DNA of 64,000 nucleotides from Dehalococcoidia bacterium (GTDB lineage Bacteria; Chloroflexota; Dehalococcoidia; Bin125): NCBI GenBank assembly GCA_963663895.2, contig CAXXRD010000001.1, positions 704,001 to 768,000 of the forward strand, read 5' to 3'. Shown piece by piece: positions 51,105 to 62,742 of this stretch (position 1 is its first letter; each line of letters starts with the position of its first letter). The notes under the pieces were generated by a model. It saw only the letters and a program-made list of their open reading frames with translations, ran no database searches and was not told where the DNA came from. The position numbers and the translations under genes were made by a program.

Positions 51105-51271
51105 TATTTTCTCCACTGCGGCCTCATCGCCACGCTGTAATCGAGCTAGTAGAGTTTCGACCGTAGTGTAACAAGCAGTAGTAGCGCGTCAGGACTCCGC
51201 CTCCCAGAGTCAGCGCACAGGGGAGCACTGCACCCCGTGGAATCCCCCATATCGGCGCGGCGGCCGGGTTG

Positions 51272-52360
51272 TCAGATCGCGGCGGCGATGCGGTCGCCCA
51301 GGCGATGCGTCTTGAGGGGGCGCTTGCCCGGCAGGGCGATATCCGGGGGGCGGTGGCCGGCGCGCAACACTTTCTCCACGGCGCGCTCGACGGCGGCGGC
51401 CTCTTCCTCCAGGCCGAGGGAGTGGCGCAGCAGCAGCGCGGCGCTGAGGATGGCGGCGGCCGGGTTGGCCTTGCCGGAGCCGGCGATGTCGGGCGCGGTG
51501 CCGTGAATGGGCTCGTAGAGACCGAGGCCGGTGCCGTCCGAGCGGCGGCGGCCGAGGCTGGCGCTGGGCAGCATGCCCATGGAGCCGCCGAGCATGGAGG
51601 CCTCGTCCGTGAGGATGTCGCCGAAGAGGTTCTCGGTGACGACGACGTCGAACTCGGCGGGCTGGCGGATGAGGTGCATAGCTGCGGCGTCGACCAGCAG
51701 GTGGCGGAGGGTGACGTCCGGGTAGCCGGCCGCGACCTCGGTCGCGACCTCGCGCCAGAGCCGGGAGCTGTCGAGGACGTTGGCCTTATCGACGGAGGTG
51801 ACGTGCTTGCGGCGGCCGCGCGCCAGCTCGAAGGCGAGACGAACGATGCGCTCGATCTCCTGCTCGGAGTAGCGGAGGGTGTCGACGGCCTTGCGGCCGC
51901 GGGAGTCGGACCAGCGCCGCTGCGGCTTGCCGAAGTAGATGCCGCCGGTGAGCTCGCGCAGGATGATCATGTCGACATCCTTGACGACGGCGCGCTTGAG
52001 CGTGGTGTTGTTGGCGAGGAAGCCGAACATCTTGACGGGGCGGATGTTGGCGAAGAGGCGCAGGCCCTTGCGCAGGCCGAGGATCGCTTGCTCGGGGCGG
52101 ACCTGGGCGCGGGGGTCGTCCCACTGGGGGCCGCCGACGGCGCCGAAGAGGACGGCGTGCTGGCGCTTGCACATGGCCAGGTCCTGGGGCCGGAGCGCGG
52201 CACCGTAGGCGTCGATGGCGGCGCCGCCGACGGTCGCCTCGGTGTAGGTGAAGTCGTGGCCGAACCTGCGGCCGACGACGTCAAGGATCTTGACCGCCTC
52301 GGCGGTGACCTCGGGGCCGATGCCATCGCCCGGCAGCAGCGCGATGCGATAGCTGCTCAT
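51272..52360 (-). CDS. leuB: 3-isopropylmalate dehydrogenase
   Basis: [42 protein letters not shown] and [12 protein letters not shown]. Confidence 0.95.
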   Translation of the reverse strand: MSSYRIALLPGDGIGPEVTAEAVKILDVVGRRFGHDFTYTEATVGGAAIDAYGAALRPQDLAMCKRQHAVLFGAVGGPQWDDPRAQVRPEQAILGLRKGLRLFANIRPVKMFGFLANNTTLKRAVVKDVDMIILRELTGGIYFGKPQRRWSDSRGRKAVDTLRYSEQEIERIVRLAFELARGRRKHVTSVDKANVLDSSRLWREVATEVAAGYPDVTLRHLLVDAAAMHLIRQPAEFDVVVTENLFGDILTDEASMLGGSMGMLPSASLGRRRSDGTGLGLYEPIHGTAPDIAGSGKANPAAAILSAALLLRHSLGLEEEAAAVERAVEKVLRAGHRPPDIALPGKRPLKTHRLGDRIAAAI

Positions 52361-52450
52361 AGCTGTCCTCTCCGCTGAAACGCCAAAGGCGCCTTGATCT
52401 TATGGCCTCGCCCCAGTCGTTGTCCCGATGGGGACCGCCCTTCCTTTATA

Positions 52451-52464
52451 AGAACTTTTGTTCT
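52451..52464. promoter_or_regulatory. LexA (SOS) box AGAAC-N4-GTTCT
   Basis: Perfect palindromic AGAACTTTTGTTCT abutting a TACTCT -10-like box, about 100 nt upstream of the radical SAM gene; the Gram-positive/Chloroflexi-type LexA motif. Confidence 0.75.
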
Positions 52465-52566
52465 ACTCTGGAGCTCCGTTGCGGCCGGGGACGAAGCGCG
52501 CACGCGCTCCCCGCGCAAGGGCCGCGCATGGCTCTGGAAAGCGGCTCTGGAAAGTAAGGCGCAGCA

Positions 52567-53547
52567 GTGGCGCGGGCCGAGTACCGAGAGATCGCCTGCA
52601 AGTCGGCGTTGAACCGGGTCCGGGGGATGGCGTTCGGCTGGTCGCTGAACCCGTACCGGGGATGCGCGCACGGCTGCCAGTACTGCTTCGCCCGCTCGAC
52701 GCACCGCTACCTCGAGCTCGGGGCCGGAGCGGACTTCTCGGGGATCATCTTCGTCAAGACGAACCTGCCGGCGGTGCTGGCGGGGGAGCTGGGACGGCGG
52801 GGGTGGCGCCGGGAGCAGGTGGCCGTGGGGACGGCGACGGATCCGTACCAGGCCATCGAGGGACGTTACCGGCTCACGCGGCGGAGCTTGGAGCTGTTCA
52901 TGCGCTTCCGCACGCCGGTCTCGATCGTGACCAAGGGAACCCTGATCGTGCGGGATGCCGACATCCTGCAAGACCTCGGCCAGCGCGCGGGCGCGACCGT
53001 CTGCTTCAGCGTCCCCACCGTTGACCGGGAGATCTGGCTGCGCACGGAGCCCGGCACGCCGGCGCCGGCCCAGCGGCTGCGGGTGATGGAGCAGCTGGTG
53101 TCTGCGGGCGTGCATTGCGGCGTGCTGGTGGCGCCGTTGCTGCCCGGCCTCACGGCGGACCAAGCCCGTGTCACGGCGACGGCACGCGCGGCGGCGGCGC
53201 ACGGCGCGCGCTTCATCGGATCGAACGTGCTGCATCTCGGCCCCGACGTGCGCGAGCACTTTCTCGGCTTTCTACAACAGGAGTATCCCGATCTGCTGGC
53301 GGGCTACCAGCGGCTCTACGGGACGAAGCATGCGCCCAAGCGCTACCGGACGCGGGTCGAGGAGCGTGTGCGCGAGGTGAAGCGGGCGCTGGGCTATCGC
53401 GACCGCGATCAGCGCCGCGTCGCACGATCGCCGGAGCCGCAGCAGCTATCGCTGGGGCTGGATGTGCCGTCTCGGGGGCCGGCGGGTGGGAGCCATCCCT
53501 CCCGGATGGCGCGGTCGCGGGTGACTCAGCAGCCCGGATCGCCGTAG
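52567..53547 (+). CDS. SPL-like / Rv2578c-family radical SAM protein
   Basis: LNPYRGCAHGCQYCFAR (CxxxCxxC), GTATDPYQ and EPGTP; C-terminal QLSLGL. Confidence 0.88.
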   Translation: MARAEYREIACKSALNRVRGMAFGWSLNPYRGCAHGCQYCFARSTHRYLELGAGADFSGIIFVKTNLPAVLAGELGRRGWRREQVAVGTATDPYQAIEGRYRLTRRSLELFMRFRTPVSIVTKGTLIVRDADILQDLGQRAGATVCFSVPTVDREIWLRTEPGTPAPAQRLRVMEQLVSAGVHCGVLVAPLLPGLTADQARVTATARAAAAHGARFIGSNVLHLGPDVREHFLGFLQQEYPDLLAGYQRLYGTKHAPKRYRTRVEERVREVKRALGYRDRDQRRVARSPEPQQLSLGLDVPSRGPAGGSHPSRMARSRVTQQPGSP

Positions 53548-53677
53548 CGGCCGCAGCAAAGGCTGCGCCGGAGCATCCGGCGCCAGAGGTTGACGGCATA
53601 GCCGCGGATGGCGGCAGCGGGGCCGACGCAGCGAATGTTGCTCCAGGCTTCGGTAGGACCGCCGTAGGGGGACACCG

Positions 53678-54274
53678 CTAGCGCTTGGTGCGGGGGAGCA
53701 GGGCGGGGCGCCGGGCCTCGAAAGCGGCGATGGCGTCTGCGTGCTGGAGGGTGAGGCCGATGTCGTCGAGGCCGTTGAGCAGGCAATGCTTGACGAAGGG
53801 GTCGATCTCGAAGGATCGCCGCCAGCCGCCGGGAATCGAGACGGACTGGGTGGCAAGATCGACGGTGATCGGCGCCTCGGGGGTGTCCTGCGCCCGCTGC
53901 ATGAGGTAGCCGACATCGGCCGGATCGAGGGAGGCGAGGAGCAGGCCCATCTTGGCGCTGTTGTTGCGGAAGATGTCGGCGAAGGAGGTGCCGACGACGG
54001 CGCGCAGGCCCATCTGCTGGAGGGCCCAGACGGCGTGCTCGCGGGAGGAGCCGCAGCCGAAGTTGGGCCCGGCGAGAAGGATGGGGGCGCCTTGATACTC
54101 GGGACGGTTGACGACGAAGTCGGGATCGTTCTTGCGCCAGTACTCGAAAGCGAACTCCCCGTAGCCGGTGCGCTCGATGCGCTTGAGGTGGCGGGCGGGG
54201 ATGATCTGATCGGTGTCGACATCGGCGCGCGGCAGGGGGATGGCGTTGCCGGTGACGGCGGTGACGGGCTCCAT
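53678..54274 (-). CDS. leuD: 3-isopropylmalate dehydratase small subunit
   Basis: DVDTDQIIPAR, NFGCGSSREHA and LLNGLDDIGLTL. Confidence 0.96.
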   Translation of the reverse strand: MEPVTAVTGNAIPLPRADVDTDQIIPARHLKRIERTGYGEFAFEYWRKNDPDFVVNRPEYQGAPILLAGPNFGCGSSREHAVWALQQMGLRAVVGTSFADIFRNNSAKMGLLLASLDPADVGYLMQRAQDTPEAPITVDLATQSVSIPGGWRRSFEIDPFVKHCLLNGLDDIGLTLQHADAIAAFEARRPALLPRTKR

Positions 54275-55677
54275 TAGAAAAGCTCCCGCAGATCGACGAA
54301 GCGGCCGGCGAGAGCGGCGGCGGCGGCCATGGGCGGGCTGACGAGATGGGTGCGGCCTCCCGGTCCCTGCCGGCCTTCGAAGTTGCGGTTAGAGGTGGAG
54401 GCGCAGCGCTCGCCGGGCTGGAGGATGTCCGGGTTCATGCCGAGGCACATGGAGCAGCCGGCCTCGCGCCACTCGAAGCCGGCGGCGCGGAAGAGGTCCG
54501 CGAGGCCTTCCGCCTCCGCTTGGGCCTTCACCAGGCCCGAGCCGGGGACGACCATGGCGCGCACGCTGCCGGCGACCCGCTTGCCGCGCACGACGGCGGC
54601 GGCGGCGCGGAGGTCTTCAATGCGCGAGTTGGTGCAAGAGCCGATGAAGACGCGGTCCAGCGGGATCTCCGTGATCTTGGTGCCGGGCTGGAGTCGCTGG
54701 TAGTCGAGAGCGCGCTTGGCGGTTTCACGGACAACGGGATCGTCGAAGGCGTCCGGGTCGGGGATGTCGCCGTGGACGGGGACGCTCTGGGCGGGGGTGG
54801 TGCCCCAAGTGACGTGGGGCTCGATCTCGGCGCCGTCGATCACGACCTCCGTGTCGAAGGTAGCGTCGGGGTCCGTGGTGAGGGTGCGCCAGCGGGCGCG
54901 GGCGGCATCCCAGTCGTCGCCGGCGGGAGCGTGGGGACGGCCCTCGACGTAGGCGAAGGTAGTCTCGTCCGGGGCGATGAGGCCGGCGCGGGCGCCGCCT
55001 TCAATGGTCATGTTGCAGATGGTCATCCGGCCCTCCATGGAGATATTGCGGATGACGTCGCCGCGGTACTCGATGACGTGACCGACGCCGCCGCCGACGC
55101 CGATGCGGTTGATGATGGTGAGGATGATGTCCTTAGGCGTGCCCCAAGGCGGAAGCTGGCCCGTGACCTCGACGGACATCTGCTTGAGGCGGCGCTGGGG
55201 CAGCGTCTGGGTAGCGAAGACGTGCTCGACCTCGGAGGTGCCGATCCCGAAGGCGAGCGCGCCGAAGGCGCCGTGGGTGGAGGTGTGAGAGTCGCCGCAG
55301 ACGATGGTCATGCCGGGCTGGGTGAGGCCTTGCTCGGGGCCGATGACGTGGACGATGCCTTGGCGGGCGTCGAGAACGTCGAAGATGGGGACGTCGAACT
55401 CGGCGCAGTTGGCGCGGAGCGCGTCGACCTGCTGCTGGGAGAGCGGGTCCGGGAAGGGCTTGTCGCGATCGACGGTGGGGACGTTGTGGTCCGGCGTGGC
55501 AATGGTGAGGTCGGGACGGCGGAGCTTGCGGCCGTTCATGCGCAGGCCGTCGAAGGCCTGGGCGGAGGTGACCTCGTGGGTGAGGTGTAGGTCGATGTAG
55601 AGGAGGTCGGGACGGCCCTCTTCCCGGTGGACGAGATGGGCGTCCCAGATCTTTTGCGCGAGCGTTCGGGGCGGCAT
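54274..55677 (-). CDS. leuC: 3-isopropylmalate dehydratase large subunit
   Basis: [30 protein letters not shown] and [12 protein letters not shown]; GGAGG before ATG 55677. Confidence 0.96.
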   Translation of the reverse strand: MPPRTLAQKIWDAHLVHREEGRPDLLYIDLHLTHEVTSAQAFDGLRMNGRKLRRPDLTIATPDHNVPTVDRDKPFPDPLSQQQVDALRANCAEFDVPIFDVLDARQGIVHVIGPEQGLTQPGMTIVCGDSHTSTHGAFGALAFGIGTSEVEHVFATQTLPQRRLKQMSVEVTGQLPPWGTPKDIILTIINRIGVGGGVGHVIEYRGDVIRNISMEGRMTICNMTIEGGARAGLIAPDETTFAYVEGRPHAPAGDDWDAARARWRTLTTDPDATFDTEVVIDGAEIEPHVTWGTTPAQSVPVHGDIPDPDAFDDPVVRETAKRALDYQRLQPGTKITEIPLDRVFIGSCTNSRIEDLRAAAAVVRGKRVAGSVRAMVVPGSGLVKAQAEAEGLADLFRAAGFEWREAGCSMCLGMNPDILQPGERCASTSNRNFEGRQGPGGRTHLVSPPMAAAAALAGRFVDLRELF

Positions 55678-55795
55678 GCATTCCTCCGGCGCATTCGCTT
55701 GATCGCCCGGGCGCGGAGCGCGCCGATCGAAGCGGGCGGCTATTGTAGCTAGCCCGTGCCGGCGGTGCGGGAGAATTGTTGCGGAGGAAAAAGCC

Positions 55796-56740
55796 ATGGG
55801 GGCGACGGCCTTGCAGTTCGGCGCGCAGTTGCGGCTGATCGCGACGGAGTGGGCGGCGATCGAGGCGGCGGCGCGGACGGTGGACGCGGGGCCGTGGCGC
55901 AGCCTGTGGACGGGCGATCACCTGGTGGCGGTGCTGGGCGACGAGCGCGCCGATTGCTACGAGGCCTGGTCGGTGCTGGCGGGGCTGACGCGGGTGACCG
56001 AGCGGGTGCGGCTGGGGGTGCTGGTCTCGCCGGTGACGTTCCGGCATCCGGTGGTGCTGGCGAAGATGGCGGCGACGCTGGATCAGATGTGCGGGGGGCG
56101 GCTGGAGATCGGGTTGGGGGCGGGCTACCACCGCCGGGAGCACGCGGCCTACGGGCTGGCGTACCCGTCGTTGGGAGAGCGGTCGCAGATGCTGGAGGAG
56201 GCCTGCGAGCTGACGCACCGGCTGCTGACGGCGGAGGAGCCGGTCGATTACGCGGGGAAGCACTACCGCTTGGAGCGGGCCGTGCTGGCGCCGCGCTGTT
56301 TGCAGCGGCCGCGGGCGCCGCTGGTGATCGCGGGGGGCGGCGAGCGGCGGACGCTGCGGACGGTGGCGCGGTACGGGGAGGTGATGAATGTGGTGGCGTC
56401 GACGCCGGCGGACCTGCGGCGCAAGATCGCGGTGCTGGAGCGGCACTGCGAAGAGGCGGGACGGGATCCGGACGAGATCCGGAAGACGATCCTGACGTTC
56501 CTCCACGTGACGGAGGACGCGGAGGAGGAGGCGCGGCTGCGGGAGCGCTACGGCGTGTTCGTGCGGACGCCGGAAGCGCAGGCGGCGCTGCCGATCGGAC
56601 AGGCGGGGCGAGTGGTGGAGGCGCTGGCCGCGTTTCAGGAAGCGGGGGCGGAGGAAGTGATTATCACGGATCTGCCGAACGATCCGGAGGTGTACGCCCG
56701 GGTTGCATCGGAGGTGATTGGGCAGTTGGCTGCGTCTTAA
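55796..56740 (+). CDS. LLM-class (possibly F420-dependent) oxidoreductase
   Basis: [33 protein letters not shown] and [11 protein letters not shown]. Confidence 0.88.
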   Translation: MGATALQFGAQLRLIATEWAAIEAAARTVDAGPWRSLWTGDHLVAVLGDERADCYEAWSVLAGLTRVTERVRLGVLVSPVTFRHPVVLAKMAATLDQMCGGRLEIGLGAGYHRREHAAYGLAYPSLGERSQMLEEACELTHRLLTAEEPVDYAGKHYRLERAVLAPRCLQRPRAPLVIAGGGERRTLRTVARYGEVMNVVASTPADLRRKIAVLERHCEEAGRDPDEIRKTILTFLHVTEDAEEEARLRERYGVFVRTPEAQAALPIGQAGRVVEALAAFQEAGAEEVIITDLPNDPEVYARVASEVIGQLAAS

Positions 56741-56841
56741 GCCCTGGAGAGAGGCTCACCCCTCTTTCGACAGCCCCTGCATGACGATGTGAGCGGCGTT
56801 CCTCAACCTGTCGGAGGCAGGCCGGGCGCCACGCCAGCCTA

Positions 56842-57024
56842 TCAGTCCGAATCGGCGTGAGAGACGATGAGCTCGCTCAGGCTCATGATCGCGACGTCGA
56901 TGTGCGCCTTCGTGTCCGCATGCGCGTCAGTGACCGCAGCCTTCAGATCCGCCGCAATGTCATGAATTTCCGAGCGCAGTGCGTCCAGATCGGCCTTCGT
57001 CGCGTGATCTTGCGGCTCCGTCAT
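56842..57024 (-). CDS. Small His/Asp-rich coiled-coil protein (60 aa)
   Basis: GGAGG RBS 9 nt before the ATG; ATKADL helical motif. Confidence 0.55.
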   Translation of the reverse strand: MTEPQDHATKADLDALRSEIHDIAADLKAAVTDAHADTKAHIDVAIMSLSELIVSHADSD

Positions 57025-57146
57025 CGTCTCGTTCCTCCAGTCTCGCCCCGATCAACAAGATGATTGATAACGATTCTCGCCACGCTAGCAGTTCTCCCTA
57101 CCGCAGTCACTCGCCCCCTCTCATGCCCCACATCACAGCGGCCAGC

Positions 57147-57180
57147 CAAGAAAAGAGGGACGCCGCCGGCGCCCCTCTTC
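57147..57180 (-). terminator. Intrinsic terminator downstream of leuA
   Basis: Minus strand reads AAGAGGGGCGCC-GGC-GGCGTCCCTCTT followed by TTCTT. Confidence 0.7.
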
Positions 57181-57211
57181 GCGGGTGCGAGTCCTTGGCG
57201 GCGCGGCGCGT

Positions 57212-57228
57212 GCTACTCCGTCAGGGAG

Positions 57229-57244
<16 letters not shown>
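57212..57244 (+). repeat. 16-bp tandem duplication spanning the leuA stop codon
   Basis: GCTACTCCGTCAGGGA at 57212-57227 and 57228-57243. Confidence 0.85.
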
Positions 57245-58779
<1,535 letters not shown>

Positions 58780-58880
58780 GGCGGGGCTCCTCCATGGGGA
58801 ACGCGGGGCAGAGAAAGAAAGGGGGCGGCGAGGCAGCGGTTCGCTGCAACCAGCGCCTCGTGTGGCTGATCGCCCGGGAG

Positions 58881-58961
58881 TTAGCGCCCAAGGACGCCAC
58901 GGGCCGAGGCAGCCCGCGGGTCGATCCCTCCGTCGCGCGTGGGACGCGGATAGCCGTTCAT
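58881..58961 (-). CDS. Putative leuA leader peptide MNGYPRPTRDGGIDPRAASARGVLGR (26 aa)
   Basis: ATG lies 9 nt after CATAAT (58971-76). The single Leu codon is rare CTT at position 24. A hairpin and pyrimidine tract follow. Confidence 0.6.
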   Translation of the reverse strand: MNGYPRPTRDGGIDPRAASARGVLGR

Positions 58962-59023
58962 CGTGGAATCATTATGCCGGAGTTCGCGCCGTCTGCCTAC
59001 GGGGCCGGGAAAGCCGCGGGCGA

Positions 59024-60025
59024 TCAATCGGCTTTCTGGTGTAGCCAGGCCATCATGCCGCGGAGCTCCTCGCCGACCTCTTCGCTGGGATGCGCGGCGG
59101 CGCGCTGACGGAGCTTGTTGAAGGCGGGGCGGCCGGCTTGATTTTCCAGAATCCACTCGCGGGCGAACTCGCCGTTCTGCACCTGCTGGAGCACGCGGCG
59201 CATGTTCTCGCGGACGTGGCTATCGATGACCTGGGGACCGCGGGAGTAGTCGCCGTACTCCGCGGTGTCGGAGATGGAGTAGCGCATGTTCTTGAAGCCG
59301 CCCTCGTAGATGAGGTCGACGATGAGCTTGAGCTCGTGGATGGTTTCGAAGTAAGCAGACTCGGGTTGATAGCCAGCCTCGACGAGGGTCTCGAAGGCCG
59401 TCTGCATGAGCGCGGAGACGCCGCCGCAGAGGACGGCTTGCTCGCCGAAGAGATCGGTTTCGGTCTCTTCCTGAAAGCTGGTCTCCAGGACGCCGGCGCG
59501 GCCGCAGCCGATGGCGGCGGCGTAGGCCATGGCGGTCTGTTTGGCGGTTTCGCTGGCGTCCTGGTGAACGGCCAGCAGGCCGGGCATGCCGCTGCCCTCT
59601 TGGTAGAGCCGGCGGAGGAGGTGGCCCGGTCCTTTCGGGGCGACCATCGAGACGTCGATCGCTTCGGGCGGGGCGATCTGGTTGTAGTGGATGTTGAAAC
59701 CGTGGGCGAACATCAGGGTCTTGCCCTCGCGCAGGCCGTGGGCGATGTGGTCGTCGTAGAGGGTTTTCTGGATATGGTCCGGGGTGAGGACCATGATGAT
59801 GTCGGCCTCTTCGGCGACATCGTCCACGGTGCCGACGCGGAGACCGGCCGTCTCCGCCTTGGCCCAAGAGCGGGAGCCGGGGTAGAGGCCGACGACCACG
59901 TTGACGCCGGAGTCCTTGAGGTTGAGGGCGTGCGCGTGGCCCTGGCTGCCGAAGCCGACGACGCCGACGGTTTTGCCTGCGAGGAAGGAGAGATCGGCGT
60001 CCTTGTCGTAGAACATCTGGGCCAT
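59024..60025 (-). CDS. ilvC: Ketol-acid reductoisomerase
   Basis: [35 protein letters not shown] and SISDTAEYG. Confidence 0.97.
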   Translation of the reverse strand: MAQMFYDKDADLSFLAGKTVGVVGFGSQGHAHALNLKDSGVNVVVGLYPGSRSWAKAETAGLRVGTVDDVAEEADIIMVLTPDHIQKTLYDDHIAHGLREGKTLMFAHGFNIHYNQIAPPEAIDVSMVAPKGPGHLLRRLYQEGSGMPGLLAVHQDASETAKQTAMAYAAAIGCGRAGVLETSFQEETETDLFGEQAVLCGGVSALMQTAFETLVEAGYQPESAYFETIHELKLIVDLIYEGGFKNMRYSISDTAEYGDYSRGPQVIDSHVRENMRRVLQQVQNGEFAREWILENQAGRPAFNKLRQRAAAHPSEEVGEELRGMMAWLHQKAD

Positions 60026-60126
60026 GGTGGTGCTCCATTCCTGGCCGGCCGGATCGGTGAGCGGACAAGGAAAAAGGCTAGGCGGGGACGGGGACGGCGT
60101 CCAGTGGCGCGGGCGGACGGGACGGT

Positions 60127-60741
60127 TTAGTCGCTGGCGAAGGGGAGCGCGCCGTCCGGCCGCCGGCCGAACTGGGCACGCTCCTCTTCGGCGCGGCGCT
60201 CGATCTCCGAGACGGGCACGGGCTTGCTGGTGCCGCTGCCGCGGACCATCGCGACCCGGCCGGTGCGCACGAGCTCGAGGAGGCCGTAGGGGTGCAGGAG
60301 ACGCAGCAGGGCGTCGACCTTGTCTTCGTCGCCGAGGACTTGCACGATGACGCTGGCGTCGGCGACATCGACGACGGTGGCGCGAAAAACATCCGCGAGG
60401 GCGATGATGTCGCGCCGGCCCTGGGGCGTGCAGCTGACCTTGATCAGGGCGAGCTCGCGGGCGACCAGGGGCCGCTCGCTGATGTCGATGGCGGAGACGA
60501 CGTCGACCAGCTTGAAGAGCTGACGCTCGACCTGCTGCACCTGGGTGCCCTGTCCATCGACGACGATGGTCATGCGGCTGAGGCCGGGCTCGTCGCTGTG
60601 GCCAACGGTGAGGCTCTCGATGTTGAAGCCGCGCCGGCGAAAAAGAGAGGCGACGCGGGCGAGGACGCCGGGGCGGTCCTCGACGTGGGCGACGACGACG
60701 CGCTGCGGGGAGTGGGCGTTCTGAGAGTTGGTAGCGATCAT
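60127..60741 (-). CDS. ilvN: Acetolactate synthase small (regulatory) subunit
   Basis: [35 protein letters not shown] and ELVRTG. Confidence 0.95.
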   Translation of the reverse strand: MIATNSQNAHSPQRVVVAHVEDRPGVLARVASLFRRRGFNIESLTVGHSDEPGLSRMTIVVDGQGTQVQQVERQLFKLVDVVSAIDISERPLVARELALIKVSCTPQGRRDIIALADVFRATVVDVADASVIVQVLGDEDKVDALLRLLHPYGLLELVRTGRVAMVRGSGTSKPVPVSEIERRAEEERAQFGRRPDGALPFASD

Positions 60742-62420
60742 CAGAGCTCCTCCGCGGATTCGATCGTTTCGGAGAGGGCGGCGCCTGCGGGGACCATCGG
60801 CCAAACGTTTTCCTGCTCGACGCAGCGGATGTCGAGGACGATGGGGCCGTCGTGCGCGTCGGCCTCGCGCAGCGCCGCGACGGCTTCGGCGCGGTTGGTG
60901 GCGCGCAGCGCGGTGACGCCGTAGGCCTCGGCGAGCTTGACGAAGTCGGGCTGGCCGAGGGCGACGGAGTGGTAGTTGTCCTCGTAGAACAGCTCCTGCC
61001 ACTGCCGGACCATGCCGAGGTAGCCGTTGTTGAAGATGACGTAGCGGATCGGGAGCTTGTGCTCGGCGACGGTCTGGAGCTCCTGGCAGGTCATCTGGAA
61101 GCCGCCGTCGCCACAGATGGACCAGACGGGCTCGTCCTGGGCGAACTGCGCGCCCAGGGCGGCGGGCACCTCGAAGCCCATGGTGCCGAGGCCGCCGCTG
61201 CTGATGTACTGACGGGGACGAGTGTAGCTGTAGTACTGGGCGGCCCACATTTGGTGCTGGCCGACGCCGGTGACGATGGTGGCCTTGCGCTGCGTCTGCT
61301 GCGCGATGGCGCGACAGAGCCAGGGGCCGGTGACCTCGGCGCCCTCGGCGTCGTAGTCGGTGGGATGCTGGGCCTTGACGTCGTCGATCCAGCGGATCCA
61401 GTCGGGGCGGGTCGTGCTCGTGAGGTGGGGCAATAACGCGCGCAGCGACTGGCGCACGTCGCCGAGGACGGGAGCATGCGTGTGGAAGTTTTTGCCGATC
61501 TCCGCGGGGTCGATATCGAGATGGATGATCTGAGCCTGGGGGTTGAAGTCCTTGAAGCGGCCCATGGCGCGGTCGTCGAAGCGCATGCCGACGCCCATGA
61601 CGACGTCGGCGTGATCGGCGGCCATATTGCAGAAGTAGTGGCCGTGCATGCCCATGAAGCCGTAGGAGAGCGCATGGTCTTCCGGGAAACCGGAGATGCC
61701 GAGGAGGGTCGTGATCACGGGAATCTGGGCGCGCTCGGCGAGGGCGACCAGCTCGTCTGTGGCGCCCGACTGCAGGGTGCCGTGCCCGCTGAGGATGATG
61801 GGGCGCTGGGCTTCGTTCAGGATGGCGGCGGCGCGTTCGACCTCGATATCGGAGGGGACCGTGACGGGGTCGTATCCGCGGAGGTGCACTTGGTCGGGAT
61901 AGCCGTCGAAATCGGCTTCCTCAATGAAGACGTCCTTGGGGATATCGACGAGCACGGGGCCTTTGCGACCGGTCGAGGCGATGTGGAAGGCTTCCTTGAC
62001 CGCGGGGGCGATCTCACTCGCGCGCATGACAAGGTAGTTGTGCTTGGTGATGGGGAGAGTGATCCCGGTGATGTCGGCTTCTTGGAAGCCGTCGCGGCCG
62101 ATCAGATCGCGGGCGACGTTGCCGGTGATGACGACCATGGGGATGGAATCCATGTAGGCGGTACAGATACCGGTCACGAGGTTGGTGGCGCCGGGGCCGG
62201 AGGTGGCGAGGCAGACGCCGGTCCGGCCACTGGCCCGAGCGTAGCCGTCGGCGGCGTGGGCGGCGCCTTGCTCGTGACGGACGAGGACGTGCTTGATTTG
62301 GGGGTATTCGCGGAAGCGGTGATAAAGAGGGAGCACGACGCCGCCTGGATAGCCGAAAATGAGGGTGGCGCCTTCGGCGGCGAGCGATTCGAGCAGGATT
62401 TGTGCGCCGTTGCGTTTCAT
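60741..62420 (-). CDS. ilvB: Acetolactate synthase large subunit
   Basis: [35 protein letters not shown] and [12 protein letters not shown]. Confidence 0.96.
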   Translation of the reverse strand: MKRNGAQILLESLAAEGATLIFGYPGGVVLPLYHRFREYPQIKHVLVRHEQGAAHAADGYARASGRTGVCLATSGPGATNLVTGICTAYMDSIPMVVITGNVARDLIGRDGFQEADITGITLPITKHNYLVMRASEIAPAVKEAFHIASTGRKGPVLVDIPKDVFIEEADFDGYPDQVHLRGYDPVTVPSDIEVERAAAILNEAQRPIILSGHGTLQSGATDELVALAERAQIPVITTLLGISGFPEDHALSYGFMGMHGHYFCNMAADHADVVMGVGMRFDDRAMGRFKDFNPQAQIIHLDIDPAEIGKNFHTHAPVLGDVRQSLRALLPHLTSTTRPDWIRWIDDVKAQHPTDYDAEGAEVTGPWLCRAIAQQTQRKATIVTGVGQHQMWAAQYYSYTRPRQYISSGGLGTMGFEVPAALGAQFAQDEPVWSICGDGGFQMTCQELQTVAEHKLPIRYVIFNNGYLGMVRQWQELFYEDNYHSVALGQPDFVKLAEAYGVTALRATNRAEAVAALREADAHDGPIVLDIRCVEQENVWPMVPAGAALSETIESAEEL

Positions 62421-62531
62421 GGAGTTGCCTCTTGGTGTCGCGGGAAGAGCACTTGCGAAGTGATCGGGCGCCGGCGGAGTTGCGGGAAGTGGGGGTCCGA
62501 CCTGTGAGCGGCGCCGGGCGCGCTGCCGGCT

Positions 62532-62651
62532 CTACAGGCCGGTTGGTACAACTACGGGGATCCCGAGGCGCAGACGGGCAGCCGTGGCGCTTCGCCACGG
62601 AGGGGCCTCCCGCTGCGAGCGGCGTGGCCGGTGAGTGAACGTGTCCGACAC
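62532..62651 (-). CDS. Putative ilvB leader peptide MSDTFTHRPRRSQREAPPWRSATAARLRLGIPVVVPTGL (39 aa)
   Basis: GGGAG RBS 9 nt before GTG. All internal Leu/Ile/Val codons are in the last 13 codons, including GTA-GTT-GTA. TACGAT -10 at 62678-83. Confidence 0.7.
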   Translation of the reverse strand: MSDTFTHRPRRSQREAPPWRSATAARLRLGIPVVVPTGL

Positions 62652-62742
62652 GATTCAGGTCTCCCAGATGCTCGACCATCGTAGCCGAGCGCAGGGCACG
62701 GGGCGAGGGGAAGAGGGTAACGGAGGCGGCTTTTACGGGACG

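Noticed and set aside
48021-51142. Terminal inverted repeats bounding mcrBC (CTCATCG-N6/7-GTAATC at 48038-56 and 51123-42)
   Set aside because: The match is short and gapped with no target duplication; it is compatible with chance.
55678-55797. N-terminal extension of LeuC, and similar extensions of amidase, PepN, McrC, IlvN, hydantoinase B and SDR in the ORF track
   Set aside because: Family homology begins at downstream starts that have RBS motifs or stop/start overlaps. The extensions overlap promoters or neighbouring genes.
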